Part shown: positions 8,270 to 18,932 of the stretch, piece by piece | Numbering within the stretch: the stretch's first letter is position 1 | Layout of the letters: every line of letters starts with the position of its first letter | Assembly: GCA_965222225.1 (NCBI GenBank) | Contig: CBDCTK010000002.1 | Location: forward strand, 448,001 to 512,000 | DNA length: 64,000 nucleotides | Direction of reading: 5' to 3' | From: Candidatus Poribacteria bacterium | GTDB lineage: Bacteria > Poribacteria > WGA-4E > JAJDTR01 | Notes under the pieces: model-generated | Told to the model about the DNA's origin: nothing | Seen by the model: the letters and a program-made list of their open reading frames with translations, nothing else | Databases searched by the model: none | Translations under genes and position numbers: made by a program

Positions 8270-10432
8270 TTAATCTAGTCGCCGAAGCCAGTCCTGAATC
8301 CCTGCTTCGACGCTGTGATTTCCTTGCTGCTTCGCCAATTTCAGCGCAATGTTTAGATCTTGCTTTGCCCCGTGAACTTGGTTGAGGGTGTACTTTGACA
8401 AGCCGCGATTCTTGTAGGCTGGGGCAAAGTCAGGATTAAGCCGGATGGCGATATCGTAATCGGCGATGGCAGCCGAAAATTGGTTCAAGGCGGTTTTCGA
8501 AGCGCCTCGATTCAAGTAACCGGCAGCATCTTCCGGGTCGAGGCGAATCGCGATGTCGTAGTCCGAGATTGCTGCGAAGTGTTGTTCTAGGTCTAGTTTG
8601 GCATTTCCCCGATTGAAGTAGGCGGAGGAATCCTCCGGGTCGATGCGGATTGCAGAGTCATAGTCGGCGATAGCATCAAAGTTTCGCCCCAAAAGGTTTT
8701 TCGCTCTACCGCGTTGTATGTAAACGTAGGCATCGTTTGGATTGAGTCGGAGGGCTGTGTCATAATCAGCGATTGCGGCGTCAATTTGATTCAATTCTTC
8801 CTTTGTTTTCCCACGCCGCTCGTAAGCGTAGGAATAGTTTAGATTAAGGCGGATGGCTGTATCATAGTCAGCGATTGCGGCGTCAAATTGATTGAGTTCC
8901 TCTTTCGCGTTCCCACGTTGCACGTAAGCATAGGCATTGTTTGGATTGAGTCGGATGGCCGTGTCATAGTCAGCGATGGCGGCGTCAAATCGACTGAGTT
9001 GCTCCTTTACCCACCCACACCACAAGTAAGTTGTAGCTTCATTTGGATTGAGTCGGATGGCTGTGCCATAGTCAGCGATGGCCGCATCAAATTGATTGAG
9101 TTTCTTCTTTGCGTGCCCGCGTTGTACGTAAACGTAGGCATCGTTTGGATTGAGTCGGATGGCTGTGTCATAATCAGCGATGGCGGCGTCAATTTGATTC
9201 AATTCTTCCTTTGCGTTCCCACGTCGCTCGTAAACGTAGGCATCGTTTGGATTAAGTCGGATGGCTGTGTCATAATCAGCGATAGCCGCATCAAGTTGAT
9301 TGATTTTCTCTCTTGCGTCCCCACGTCGCTCGTAAGCGTAGGCATAGGTTGGATTAAGTCGGATGGCTGTGTCATAATCAGCGATGGCGGCGTCAATTTG
9401 ATTGATTTTCTCTCTTGCGTATCCGCGCCACACGTAAGTTGTGGCATCTTTTGGATTGAGGCGGATGGCTGTATCATAGTCAGCGATTGCGGCGTCAAAT
9501 TGGTTGAGTTTCTCTTTTGCGTGCCCGCGCCTCACGTAAGCGTAGGCATCTTTTGGATTGAGGCGAATGGCTGTATTATAGTCATCCACGGCGCTAGTGT
9601 ATTGCCCCAAAGAGTGCTTCGCCTGCCCACGCATGGTATAGAGAACAGGATTGTCAGGACTTAAACGTATCGCTTTAGCTAAATCGACAATCGCCCCATT
9701 ATAGTCCCCCAGTCGAAACTTCTCCCAACCTCTTTGTCGGAAAGTATCGGCAGATGTCGTTTGTTTCGAATACAACATCGGCTTAGTCTGGCGAGAGCGT
9801 GTGAGCAACTCCCTCAGCGAGTTGGATGGTATCGCAAAATTGAGATTTTGCCCAAAACGTGGGCTGAACGTTGACACGGAAACGCCAATGACTTCGCCGC
9901 TGGTGTTGAGCACGGGACCGCCGCTGCTGCCGGGGGAGATCGGGGCAGTCATCTGGAGGCGTTCAATTCCGTAAGTGTTACGCCGGCTACTAACAATTCC
10001 GTCAGAAAACGTGCCGTCAAAGCCTAGGGGATTGCCTGCGACGTAGACGGTTTGTCCAATTTGAACCTTGTCGCTATCGCCGAGGGAAAGTGGGATGACG
10101 CCGTGAATCGTGACTCTGAGGAGTGCGAGGTCGTTGATTTCATCGGTGCCAGCGAGGCCTTCGATAGGGTATGCGGTGCCTTTGTTGACTAGTGTTGCGA
10201 AGCCCTTCGCGGCGCTGTCAATAACGTGGAAGTTCGTGGCGATGAGGTTGGCGGTCACGAAGAACCCGCTGCCTTGACCGAGCGTAACGCCGTTTTCGTC
10301 CTGTACCTCCAGGGAAACAGTTGCGCCTAGTGCTTTTTCGGCGAGTTGCGGCACCGACCGAGATGAGGCATGGGTCAGTAGGGATAGGAGTAGGACGAGC
10401 AGGACCGTGACTAATCTAATCTGAAAACGCAT
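8270..10432 (-). CDS. secreted trypsin-like serine protease fused to ~14 TPR repeats
   Basis: TNFHV / NDLALL / ISPGSSGGPV triad; 34-aa repeats AAIADYDTAIRLNP. Confidence 0.95.
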   Translation of the reverse strand: MRFQIRLVTVLLVLLLSLLTHASSRSVPQLAEKALGATVSLEVQDENGVTLGQGSGFFVTANLIATNFHVIDSAAKGFATLVNKGTAYPIEGLAGTDEINDLALLRVTIHGVIPLSLGDSDKVQIGQTVYVAGNPLGFDGTFSDGIVSSRRNTYGIERLQMTAPISPGSSGGPVLNTSGEVIGVSVSTFSPRFGQNLNFAIPSNSLRELLTRSRQTKPMLYSKQTTSADTFRQRGWEKFRLGDYNGAIVDLAKAIRLSPDNPVLYTMRGQAKHSLGQYTSAVDDYNTAIRLNPKDAYAYVRRGHAKEKLNQFDAAIADYDTAIRLNPKDATTYVWRGYAREKINQIDAAIADYDTAIRLNPTYAYAYERRGDAREKINQLDAAIADYDTAIRLNPNDAYVYERRGNAKEELNQIDAAIADYDTAIRLNPNDAYVYVQRGHAKKKLNQFDAAIADYGTAIRLNPNEATTYLWCGWVKEQLSRFDAAIADYDTAIRLNPNNAYAYVQRGNAKEELNQFDAAIADYDTAIRLNLNYSYAYERRGKTKEELNQIDAAIADYDTALRLNPNDAYVYIQRGRAKNLLGRNFDAIADYDSAIRIDPEDSSAYFNRGNAKLDLEQHFAAISDYDIAIRLDPEDAAGYLNRGASKTALNQFSAAIADYDIAIRLNPDFAPAYKNRGLSKYTLNQVHGAKQDLNIALKLAKQQGNHSVEAGIQDWLRRLD
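8690..9610 (-). repeat. near-identical 102-bp tandem repeats encoding TPRs
   Basis: Recurring GGATGGCTGTGTCATAATCAGCGATGGCGGCGTCAA at 102-bp period. Confidence 0.9.
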
Positions 10433-10587
10433 GGAAGATTCTCCCGGCGACAGTCAGAAATCTACATCAAGCAGGGGTTGTACATTGATGGGGTAAGGTG
10501 ATCTCTACTATATCATTTTCAGTGGCGGATTTCAATGATGAAAGCGATTTTGGTTTGGAAATCGTGAGTAAGGCGGTGGAGAGAGGT

Positions 10588-10716
10588 GGGAGTGCTATCA
10601 CACGGGATTATCTATCGCCTTCACTGAGAGATTTACTATCGCGGTCATTATCCATTCCCTTGAGGGATCTTCTATCGCCTTCGTTATCCACTCAGTTGAT
10701 CGCTATTCGATATTCT
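10588..10716 (+). repeat. array of GGGATnnCTATCG micro-repeat units
   Basis: Four CTATC(G) modules ending in GGGATCTTCTATCGCCTTCGTTATCCACTCAGTTGATCG. Confidence 0.8.
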
Positions 10717-10796
10717 CGAAGAGGGTGAGAGTCTCGGTGGTGCCCGGGAGCCTTCCCAGAGGGGCACCTTTGTGGTTGTTAAATCAAAAAAAAGGC

Positions 10797-10825
10797 TTGA
10801 CGTTTACGTTGTTAGGTTTTATAAT
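10797..10825 (+). promoter_or_regulatory. sigma70 promoter
   Basis: TTGACG-17bp-TATAAT. Confidence 0.8.
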
Positions 10826-10903
10826 TCATGTTATGAGACGTACCTTGTATTAGCGTGGTTTACTCATTTCACGTCACGAATTCAAAAAGAGAGGGCTATG
10901 ATA

Positions 10904-11920
10904 ATGGCGAAAAGGACTAGGAACAGGAAAAAGACAATCGAACTTAGAGACGATCAACTTATCTTTCGGTTTGCGGGAGTACACGAGGATGCGGAAGTCG
11001 AGATTGGATTCCAACGGACGCTGCGGATTCCGGACGACAACCGGGAACATTATCTCCCGCCGGGACTCGGTGAATTTCCGCTGAGCCGCGTGGACGACTA
11101 TCCGGATAACTTGCCGGATAGGTGGGCAGAACATGGAGGGGTATTCATCCCCATGTACCAAGCGGAAGCGCTGTGGATTAATTTTAGCGGCGACTATCCG
11201 ATGGCGGTGAAGATTGCGGCGGGGAAGGTGAACGCGGTGACCGGAGAGGCATGGGAGGAGGGACTCTCGGAGGTACCGCAGGACTACTTAGTGGTGCCGG
11301 GTCAACCGTGGTTGGACGGGTTTTGCGTGGAGAAGGGCTTGATTCGGCAGTTCGTGGCGATGCCGCTGGGAGAGGGTTATACGGTGGAAGAGCAGTTAAC
11401 CGGAGAGGCGGAACACGGCGGGCTTCAGATTGCCGTCTATCCGATGAAGACATCAATATACGAAGAGCGGCTACGCCAACGACTTGAAAGGCTTAAGGAT
11501 GGCGAGATTTCACCACGTAGGTCGCCACGTGGGTCGCCTGATATGGGGTTCGCGCCGGGAGGTCTTATGCGGCAGGAAATATATAAGGACCAACACGGTA
11601 TCGATGCGTGGGACACGTCGAACGGCTCACGTTGCTTCGTGCATATCGTCAATAGCGTTCAGCTCTTGCACTTGACGGGGTGCCAGCCGCCAAGTGAGCC
11701 GCCGACGGCTCAGAATTACACAAACGCGGGGCTGCCTTGGTACGATTACTACGGGGGCGATCTAAAGGAATTGCAAGGGGCAAAGGAGTTGACTGAGCTG
11801 GACAGTGTTGCTTCCGTTAAACTAAAGAAGGGTAAGGGATTCCTCCTGGACAACGATCCGGTGACGCCGTCGGTGGTGAAGAGGTTGAGCCGATCGATGG
11901 TCAGGGAGGGTGTGTTCTAA
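10904..11920 (+). CDS. uncharacterised FQRTLRIPDD...PMYQ.EA.W family protein
   Basis: Motifs FQRTLRIPDD, LPPGLG.FPL, QDY.V.P.QPWLDG, RQFVAMPLG.GY.VE.QLTG, GG.M.QEIY.D. Confidence 0.85.
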   Translation: MAKRTRNRKKTIELRDDQLIFRFAGVHEDAEVEIGFQRTLRIPDDNREHYLPPGLGEFPLSRVDDYPDNLPDRWAEHGGVFIPMYQAEALWINFSGDYPMAVKIAAGKVNAVTGEAWEEGLSEVPQDYLVVPGQPWLDGFCVEKGLIRQFVAMPLGEGYTVEEQLTGEAEHGGLQIAVYPMKTSIYEERLRQRLERLKDGEISPRRSPRGSPDMGFAPGGLMRQEIYKDQHGIDAWDTSNGSRCFVHIVNSVQLLHLTGCQPPSEPPTAQNYTNAGLPWYDYYGGDLKELQGAKELTELDSVASVKLKKGKGFLLDNDPVTPSVVKRLSRSMVREGVF

Positions 11921-12008
11921 GAGCCTGTTTGAATAATCGGTGGCAAAGCCATTTTTGGTCATTTGTAGAAAGTTTTTTCATGTTTTCATTGTTGGCTGCT
12001 ACATACCT

Positions 12009-12138
12009 ATGGGATTGCTATCGCCTTCGCTAACCACTCAGTTGATCGTTCGTTTGATCCCCGCTGGGGCTTTTAGAGGCTGGTGCGCAGTGGATCTCTA
12101 TCGCAGTCATTATTCATTCCTTTGATCGCACCCTACAA
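12009..12138 (+). repeat. micro-repeat unit plus a GTAG-type REP carrying a 34-nt micro-repeat insertion
   Basis: Alignment by eye with the uninterrupted REP at 20352-20399. Confidence 0.8.
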
Positions 12139-12254
12139 ACTGTAGGTAACGACGTTCGTGTTGCCGTATTCACTTGGCGTGCCAGCTATGGACGGAAGGC
12201 TAGGACGGTCGATGAATATGGCAACGGAGGCGTAGGTCTGACGAGGGTTTTATC

Positions 12255-13202
12255 ATGAAACAGGCGAAGGAACTGGACACCGGTTTGCGAATCGCCTCGG
12301 GTACGGGTGAAGCGATTCGGGCGAACGTGTCGGACAACACGTTGAAGGCGTATGAGCACGCGACGCGCAAGCTGGAGGCGTGGCTAGAGGGACGCGGCCT
12401 TACCGATGCAGTGTTGGCGGAATATATCAGGTTTCTGCATGCAGAGGGGAAGTCGCCGGCTACAATCAATCTGGTCGTTTCCGCGGTGAAGTGGATGGCT
12501 GAGTACCGTGGGGCTGATACTGTGGTTGGGGATATCACGGCTCGGACAATGTCTGAAATCCGTGGAGAAGGTAAAGAACGGGCGCGCCGCCAGGTCGACG
12601 GGCTTACATGGGACGACGTGGAACGGGTGTGCGCGGCGGCGGAATCGTCAGATACAGCGGCAGGGATGCGCGATGCCGCCATGATAAGCCTGATGAGCGA
12701 TTGCCTGTTGCGCATCTCGGAGGCGGTCGCGGTCAATGTGGAGGATGTTAAAACCGAGGGACTTCAGGTGCGCGGCAAAAAAGCAGATGCGGAGAAGCGG
12801 GGCGAATTCCTGTATATCTGCGAATCGACACGGCGGTTGATAGAGCGGTATCGAAGGACAGCAGGGATTGAAGCGGGATCAAGCGACCGAATAGGGAGCG
12901 CGATAGGAAATCCCCTGTTCCGGAGGATACGCTTCCAGAATCATGTGACTGACGATCGGCTGGGCGTGAAGGGGGCACGAGAAGCGATACGGCGGCGGGC
13001 GGCGGAGGCGGGCGTGGAGGGATTGATTAGCGGGCATTCGCTTCGTATCGGTTCCGCGGTATCGCTTGCCGACGCCGGGGCAAGTGTGAAGGAGGTGCAA
13101 CGGGCGGGGCGGTGGCAGGACCCGACGATGCCGGCGCGGTATGTGAGGGAGGCGCCGGAGGAGGAGGGGAGTCCGGTGCAGAAGTATAAGGATGGGAAGT
13201 GA
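12255..13202 (+). CDS. tyrosine recombinase, Cre-like
   Basis: LLRISEA, GHSLRIG, GRW, MPARY (R-H-R-W-Y catalytic set); N-terminal SAM-like domain. Confidence 0.92.
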   Translation: MKQAKELDTGLRIASGTGEAIRANVSDNTLKAYEHATRKLEAWLEGRGLTDAVLAEYIRFLHAEGKSPATINLVVSAVKWMAEYRGADTVVGDITARTMSEIRGEGKERARRQVDGLTWDDVERVCAAAESSDTAAGMRDAAMISLMSDCLLRISEAVAVNVEDVKTEGLQVRGKKADAEKRGEFLYICESTRRLIERYRRTAGIEAGSSDRIGSAIGNPLFRRIRFQNHVTDDRLGVKGAREAIRRRAAEAGVEGLISGHSLRIGSAVSLADAGASVKEVQRAGRWQDPTMPARYVREAPEEEGSPVQKYKDGK

Positions 13203-13282
13203 TAGGGCGAGAGCGGAATAGGATGAATTTGAACAGTATCGAATAGCGCCCTAACGGCGGTAGAGGGTTCGGGGCAAGATAA

Positions 13283-13530
13283 AGGACTTTCTATCGTACG
13301 CGATTTGCTATGGGAACTCTATCGCGTGGGATTTTCTATGGGATTCCTATCGCAGTCATTATCCATTCCTTTGATCGCTATTCGCTTGCTTGATCTTCTT
13401 ATTCAGTCGCTTGATCGGATTACGCAGATTTCACGGATTAGGATTGGCTAAGTGGTATCCCTTGTGGGATTGGGCTGAAAGAGATCTCGATAGGAGTTCT
13501 ATCGCCTTCACTATTCGTTCAGTTGATCGC
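13283..13530 (+). repeat. two clusters of GGGATnnCTATCG micro-repeat units with progressive truncations
   Basis: ggactttctatcg / gcgatttgctat / gggaactctatcg / gggattttctat / gggattcctatcgcagtcattatccattcctttgatc; ggagttctatcgccttcactattcgttcagttgatc. Confidence 0.8.
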
Positions 13531-13780
13531 GCGGGATTGGGCGAGGTTAGGGGGAGTTGGGTTTCGCTGTTGCCAAGCCAACCGACGGGCTGTCGCTTAA
13601 TCGAAGCGTATAGAGACGAAAAGGCATACACGTATTGCGCACGCGACAACCGTGGTAACGTAGGCGTAGGTGGAAAATGCGCCGAGAAATTGATAGGACG
13701 GTGGAACGGAAGGGAAAGAGTCCGAACCACTGAAGCAGCAGTGGTTGTCCCGCATTATACTGTAGTGGCCGACATAGGAT

Positions 13781-13972
13781 TTAATCATCTTTGTTACGGA
13801 CAATATTGATGAACCACGCTACTACGCCAAAAACAAGAAGGGCAGCAATGAGTCCAAATATAGCGCCGGTAACGACACTAGCGACTCCATGGAGTCCGCT
13901 GAACAAATCCTTGGCCCAAGAAGCGCCAAAGATTAATCCAATTATACCTATCACTATGAGCCAGAAACACAT
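13781..13972 (-). CDS. small 2-TM membrane protein
   Basis: AAGGAGG SD; two hydrophobic helices. Confidence 0.7.
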   Translation of the reverse strand: MCFWLIVIGIIGLIFGASWAKDLFSGLHGVASVVTGAIFGLIAALLVFGVVAWFINIVRNKDD

Positions 13973-14676
13973 GAATAACCCTCCTTTCAATTGAGATTGG
14001 CCCCGTATTTGGAAGTAGCTGTCGCGGAACGACCTACTAGGACTAGGCAATACTCACTAATACCCTAGATATTTGTTATTCCAAACCTAACGCGTAAAGA
14101 CTAAATGGCCGTATGTGCAAGACGCGTGAATTCGGTCGTCTAAATTAGCAAGGATTTCTATTACAAGTGGAAACTCTGACGGGCTTGAATTCTCGAAATG
14201 TAAAGTAACCCGAAGACAATCTCTTTTAAGACTGCCAGCGACGATTGGCGGGGCCAATTCTGGCGCGCCGTTGCTCTGGCGATATTCCGAAATATAGATG
14301 TTTCCCCCCAAGAGGCGCTTCATTGTTTTGACTGAATCAAGCCAGAGTTTGAAGTTGAAATGTGTCTCATAGACTTGGATTCACACTATCAACAACCTAC
14401 TGCGATATTGTAAAACTCGCAGCAGAATGTATCATGCCCAAAAACAATACTGAATGCCATCATTATGAGTTGAGGGTTAGGTACTTAGCGTCATTGGGGT
14501 AGGGTAGTTCTGCTAGACGCATTGTATTCGCGGCGGCTATTCCTCATCGCAAGTTTTCAGCCAAACCCAGTCGAGTTATCGCTATCCATTCGGTTGAACG
14601 GTCAATTGGAGGCACCCAATGACTATGCCATTTTTTGTTTTTTGGTTCGCCTATTGTAGACGTTAGCAAAGCGTGC

Positions 14677-17354
14677 TTAGGGTCGTTCAAGTCTTCGCAA
14701 CTGCTTCTCGATACTCGCTCTAAGGTCCTGGTCCTGTGGGCGTGTCGCGAGTCTTAAGGCATTCTTAAAATCCACGGTCGCCGACTGCGTTCGATTTAAC
14801 AGCGTCCACGCCAATCCCCGGTTAAAATAGGTTGTGGCATTGTTGGGATTCAGGCGGATCGCATCGTCGTAATCAGCTATAGCAGCAGCGTAACGGCCTA
14901 ATTTAGCTTTCTCAACTCCCCTATGGATATAGGCTTTGACATAGGTAGGATTGAACTGGATTGCCTGGTTGTAGTCGGCTATTGCGGCAACGTGTCGGCC
15001 TAGCCTACTCTTGATAACACCCCGATCGTAATAGGATAAGGCATCAATGGGATTCAAGCGGATGGCCTCGTCGAAATCGGCGATCGCGTCAGAATGCCGA
15101 CCAACATTGCCTTTAGCAAGCCCCCGATTGTAATATGCATCGGCAAACTTTGGATTCCGGCGGATGGCCTCATCGAAATTAACAATCGCGGCGGAGGCAC
15201 GACCTACATTACCGTAAGCAACGCCCCGATTGTAATAGGCTTCGGCATAATTCGGATTTAAGCGGATTCCCGCGTCGAGATCGGTTATCGCGGCGTTGTA
15301 TTTACCTAACTTCGCATTGTTTACTGCCCGATTGTAGTAGGCTTCGACATATTTGGGATTCAGGCGGATAGCCTCACCGAAATCGGCTATCGCCTCGGAG
15401 GCACGACCTACATTACCGTAAGCAACGCCCCGATTGTAATAGGCTTCGGCATATTTGGAATTCAGACTTATGGAAGCGTCGAGATCGGCTATCGCGGCGT
15501 AATATTGGCCTAACCTCGCCTTGCTAACCGCCCGATTGTAATAGGACAATGCATGATCGGGATTGAGGCGGAGTACTTCATTGTAGTCGGAAATGGCCGC
15601 CGCGTGTTGGCCCATGTTTTCCTTAGCTAGTCCCCGATAAAAGTAAACCCCGGCGGAGGAAGGATTGAGACGAATTGCCTCATCGAAGTCAACAATCGCG
15701 GCGGAGGCACGACCTAGTTGAGCCTTGACAATTCCTCGATTGTAATAGGCTTCCGCGTCAGAAGAGTTGAGGCGGATGGCACAGTCGTAATCAGCAATCG
15801 CTTCCGTGTTTCGTCCCAATTGCCGCATGGCATATGCGCGATTGATAAAAGTATCGGCATCGTTGGAATTAAGACGGATAGCTTCGTCGTAATCAGCAGT
15901 GGCCTCAGAGTATCGCCCCAATTGGCTCTTGGCGTATCCGCGATTGACGTAAACTTCGGCATCGTGCGGAGCTAGGCGAATTGCAACGTCAAAATCGGAG
16001 ATTGCAAACGCGTGCCTACCATTTGACGCTTAAAAATTCCACGCATGAAGTAAGTGTCAGCATTGTTGGGATCTAGGCGGAGGACAGTGTCAAAATCGGA
16101 AAGCGCGGCAGAATATAGGCCTAAGTGACCATTAACAGTTCCCCGATTGTAATAGGCATCGGATAATTTGGGATTCAAGCGGATGGCGGTGTCGAAATCC
16201 GCTAGTGCCGCAGAGTATCGGTCCAATTGAAGGTTGACGACCCCACGATTATAGTGGGCAGCGACATAATCAGGGTTGAGTCGGAGGGCAGCATCAAAGT
16301 CGGAAACCGCAGCGGTGTATTGGCCTAATTCAGCCTTAGTCACTCCCCGATTGTAATAGGCAGCGACATAATCGGGGTTGAGTCGGAGGGCAGCATCAAA
16401 ATCGGAAACCGCAGCGGTGTATTGACCTAATTCAGCCCTAGCCATTCCCCGTTTGTGGTAGGCAGCGGCAGAGTCGGGGCTGAGACGGAGAGTGGCGTCG
16501 AAATCAGCGATGGCAGCGGAATTCTGGCGCGACTTTAGTTTAGCGTCGCCGCGATTGACATAGGTTAATGCTTCATTCGGATTGTTGTGAACGGAGCGGG
16601 TTGACCCCTGAGATGTCCGGTTGCGATCGCCGAATCCTGATGTCTCATCACCCCGATGGTCGGATTTAACGGCAGGTGTAAGATCTTTGCGTCGCAACAA
16701 CGGCTCTGCGCGCTCTGACTGCGTCAGGAACGTATTTAGCACATTTGATGGGATGGCAAAACTATGATATTGCCGTGAAATGGGATTGAAGGCTGAGGCG
16801 CACACACCAATCACTTCGCCCTTCCGATTGAGCACGGGACCGCCGCTGCTGCCGGGAGAAATCGGTGCGGACATCTGGAGGCGTTCTTTTCCGTCCGCAT
16901 TCCGCCGGCCACTGATAACCCCGGTTGAGAATGTGCCGTCAAAGCCTAGGTGATTGCCCGCAACGTACACGGTTTGGCCTATTTGAACCCTAGTGCTATC
17001 GCCTAGTAGAAGCGGCGTGACACCGTGAATGGTAACTTTGAGGAGTGCGAGGTCGTTAATTTTATCGGCGGCAGTGAGGCCTTCGATAGGGTATGCGGAC
17101 TCTTTGTTGGCCAGTCTTGCGATTACCTTCGTGGCGCCGTCAATGACGTGAAAATTCGTGGCAATGAGGTTGGCGCGGACGAAAAAGCCACTGCCTTGAC
17201 GGAGTGACACGCCGTTTCCGTCTTTTACCTCCAAGGAAACAGTTGCGGCGAGCGCTTGTTCTGCGAGTTGCCGCACAGACTGGGATGAAGCATGGCTCAG
17301 TAGGCTGAGGGGTAGGGCGAGAAGGAATGCGACTAATTTAATCTGATAACGCAT
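14677..17354 (-). pseudogene. second trypsin-like protease-TPR fusion, split by a 1-nt deletion at ~16019
   Basis: ATG GT AGG CAC GCG TTT GCA ATC TCC GAT TTT GAC: restoring one G joins ORFs 15972-17384 and 14677-15921 in TPR register; may be a sequencing error. Confidence 0.85.
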
Positions 17355-17795
17355 GGATGATTCTCCTGGTGACAGGCAGAACATCTGCTAGTAGCAGGGC
17401 TTCGTTTGGATGCGGTAAGGTCTGTATCATTATATCATTTTCATCTGTAGTCTTCAATGATGAAAGCGATTCTGGCTTGGATTTCGTTGGGACTCTTATC
17501 GGGGTTCGATTTTTTACGGGACCTTTTCAAACAGAGTCGGGGCAAGATGCCCCTCCGACAGATGGATTGATCGGTAGAAGGTCCGAATCCTAATTTGGTG
17601 AGTTGATGGTAATCTGAGAATTGGAGGGCACGGGTGCTGTCCCTTACAGTATGCGATGTGGGTGACAAGCGGTCCTGGGTCAGGCGATCGCGGTGATTCG
17701 TTGACATTTACTGTTGAAGTTCAGGAGGACGTTAGCGTATCGCGTCACTGACACGGATCGCACGCTGCGGGAGTGCGGTATGAAAGGATGAAAAC

Positions 17796-18377
17796 ATGCA
17801 AACGAAAGAGCGGCTGTATGCGGTAATCGGCGGTATTGTTGGGGCTGTAGTGACGTTGGCGGTGTGTTCGTTCGCTCCGCTTGGAGCGCACAGCCAATCG
17901 GACGGCAGTTTTGATGTGGTAACTTGTAGAGAGTTGAAGGTGGTTGATTCAGAGGGCAATCACCATGTTTTCATTAGCAGCGAAGAACATGGAGGAAGTA
18001 TCGGAGTATATGGGGAGAAGGGTGTAGCGTTGATGACCATTGATGAACATGGTGGCCGGGTCAATGTTTCGGGCAATAGATGTGGGGCGTGGATGTCCAT
18101 CGGCGGGCACGGCGGATTCGTGACTGTTTATAACAAGGGCGGAAAGAATGGAGACGGAGCAATGATGAGCGTAAATGAACATGGTGGGATGGTCTGGGCT
18201 TATAGCGGGGGGAATCCTAAGGCGACGATGGACATCGATGAAAACGGTGGGCGAGTGAACGTTGCCGGCAAGGGCAGCCAAACGTCACAAGCGAGCATGG
18301 CGGTGACTTCTTCCGGGAGCGGCGGGGTGTTCACGTGGGATAGGAACGGGAGACGGTTGCATAAATTGGGGGACTGA
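17796..18377 (+). CDS. membrane-anchored protein with (D/N)EHGG.V.V beta repeats
   Basis: N-terminal TM; F..VTC..L.VVDSEGN followed by ~21-aa repeats. Confidence 0.8.
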   Translation: MQTKERLYAVIGGIVGAVVTLAVCSFAPLGAHSQSDGSFDVVTCRELKVVDSEGNHHVFISSEEHGGSIGVYGEKGVALMTIDEHGGRVNVSGNRCGAWMSIGGHGGFVTVYNKGGKNGDGAMMSVNEHGGMVWAYSGGNPKATMDIDENGGRVNVAGKGSQTSQASMAVTSSGSGGVFTWDRNGRRLHKLGD

Positions 18378-18467
18378 ATTTTCGATTAGATGGCGGCATG
18401 CCCGCGCGAAACCGCCGTGGCGGGGGCTATCGCTCGGTTCAAAGAGGGCAGATAAAGGAGGACTATT

Positions 18468-18932
18468 GTGAAATACGGAGAGAGACTGGGATATATTGCG
18501 GTAGGCGGGTTATTGATGCTCGTGGGCATGTTGGCGGCTAACCTAACGCCGCTCACGGCGCAGAGGGATTCCTTCGGCGAGATAACGTGCACAGGGCTGA
18601 GGGTGGTTGATTCAGAAGGCAACCAGAGGGTCAGCCTCATGGGGTATCCGGAAGGGGGAATTGTTGCCGCGTGTGACTCAAACGGTAATCTACGCACAAG
18701 TCTCGTTGGTTTTGAAGAGGGAGGAAAGATTGTCGTATCGAAAAAAAACCTCGAAGAGTGTGTTACTATAGGCATCAATGAAAACGGTGGACAAATCGTC
18801 ATTTTCGACAAAGACGGTAAGGACCGTGTGGCGATGTGGAGTACCAAGGATGGCGGGCAGTTTGTGGTCTATGGGAAAGATGGCAAGCCGCGTGGGGACA
18901 TAGGCGTCAATGAATATGGCAAGGCGAAATAA
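18468..18932 (+). CDS. paralog of the preceding beta-repeat protein
   Basis: ERL.Y...GG; FGEITCTGLRVVDSEGN; NENGGQIVIF repeats; GGAGG SD. Confidence 0.8.
   Translation: MKYGERLGYIAVGGLLMLVGMLAANLTPLTAQRDSFGEITCTGLRVVDSEGNQRVSLMGYPEGGIVAACDSNGNLRTSLVGFEEGGKIVVSKKNLEECVTIGINENGGQIVIFDKDGKDRVAMWSTKDGGQFVVYGKDGKPRGDIGVNEYGKAK

Noticed and set aside
8690-9610. DGR template/variable repeat interpretation of the TPR repeats
   Set aside because: Tandem in-frame coding repeats, differences not limited to adenines, and no reverse transcriptase in the window.
8888-9664. 258-aa repetitive + strand ORF
   Set aside because: Antisense shadow of the TPR repeats.
10588-13530. CRISPR array interpretation of the CTATCG repeats
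   Set aside because: Units vary in length and sequence, there are no unique regular spacers, and no cas genes are present.
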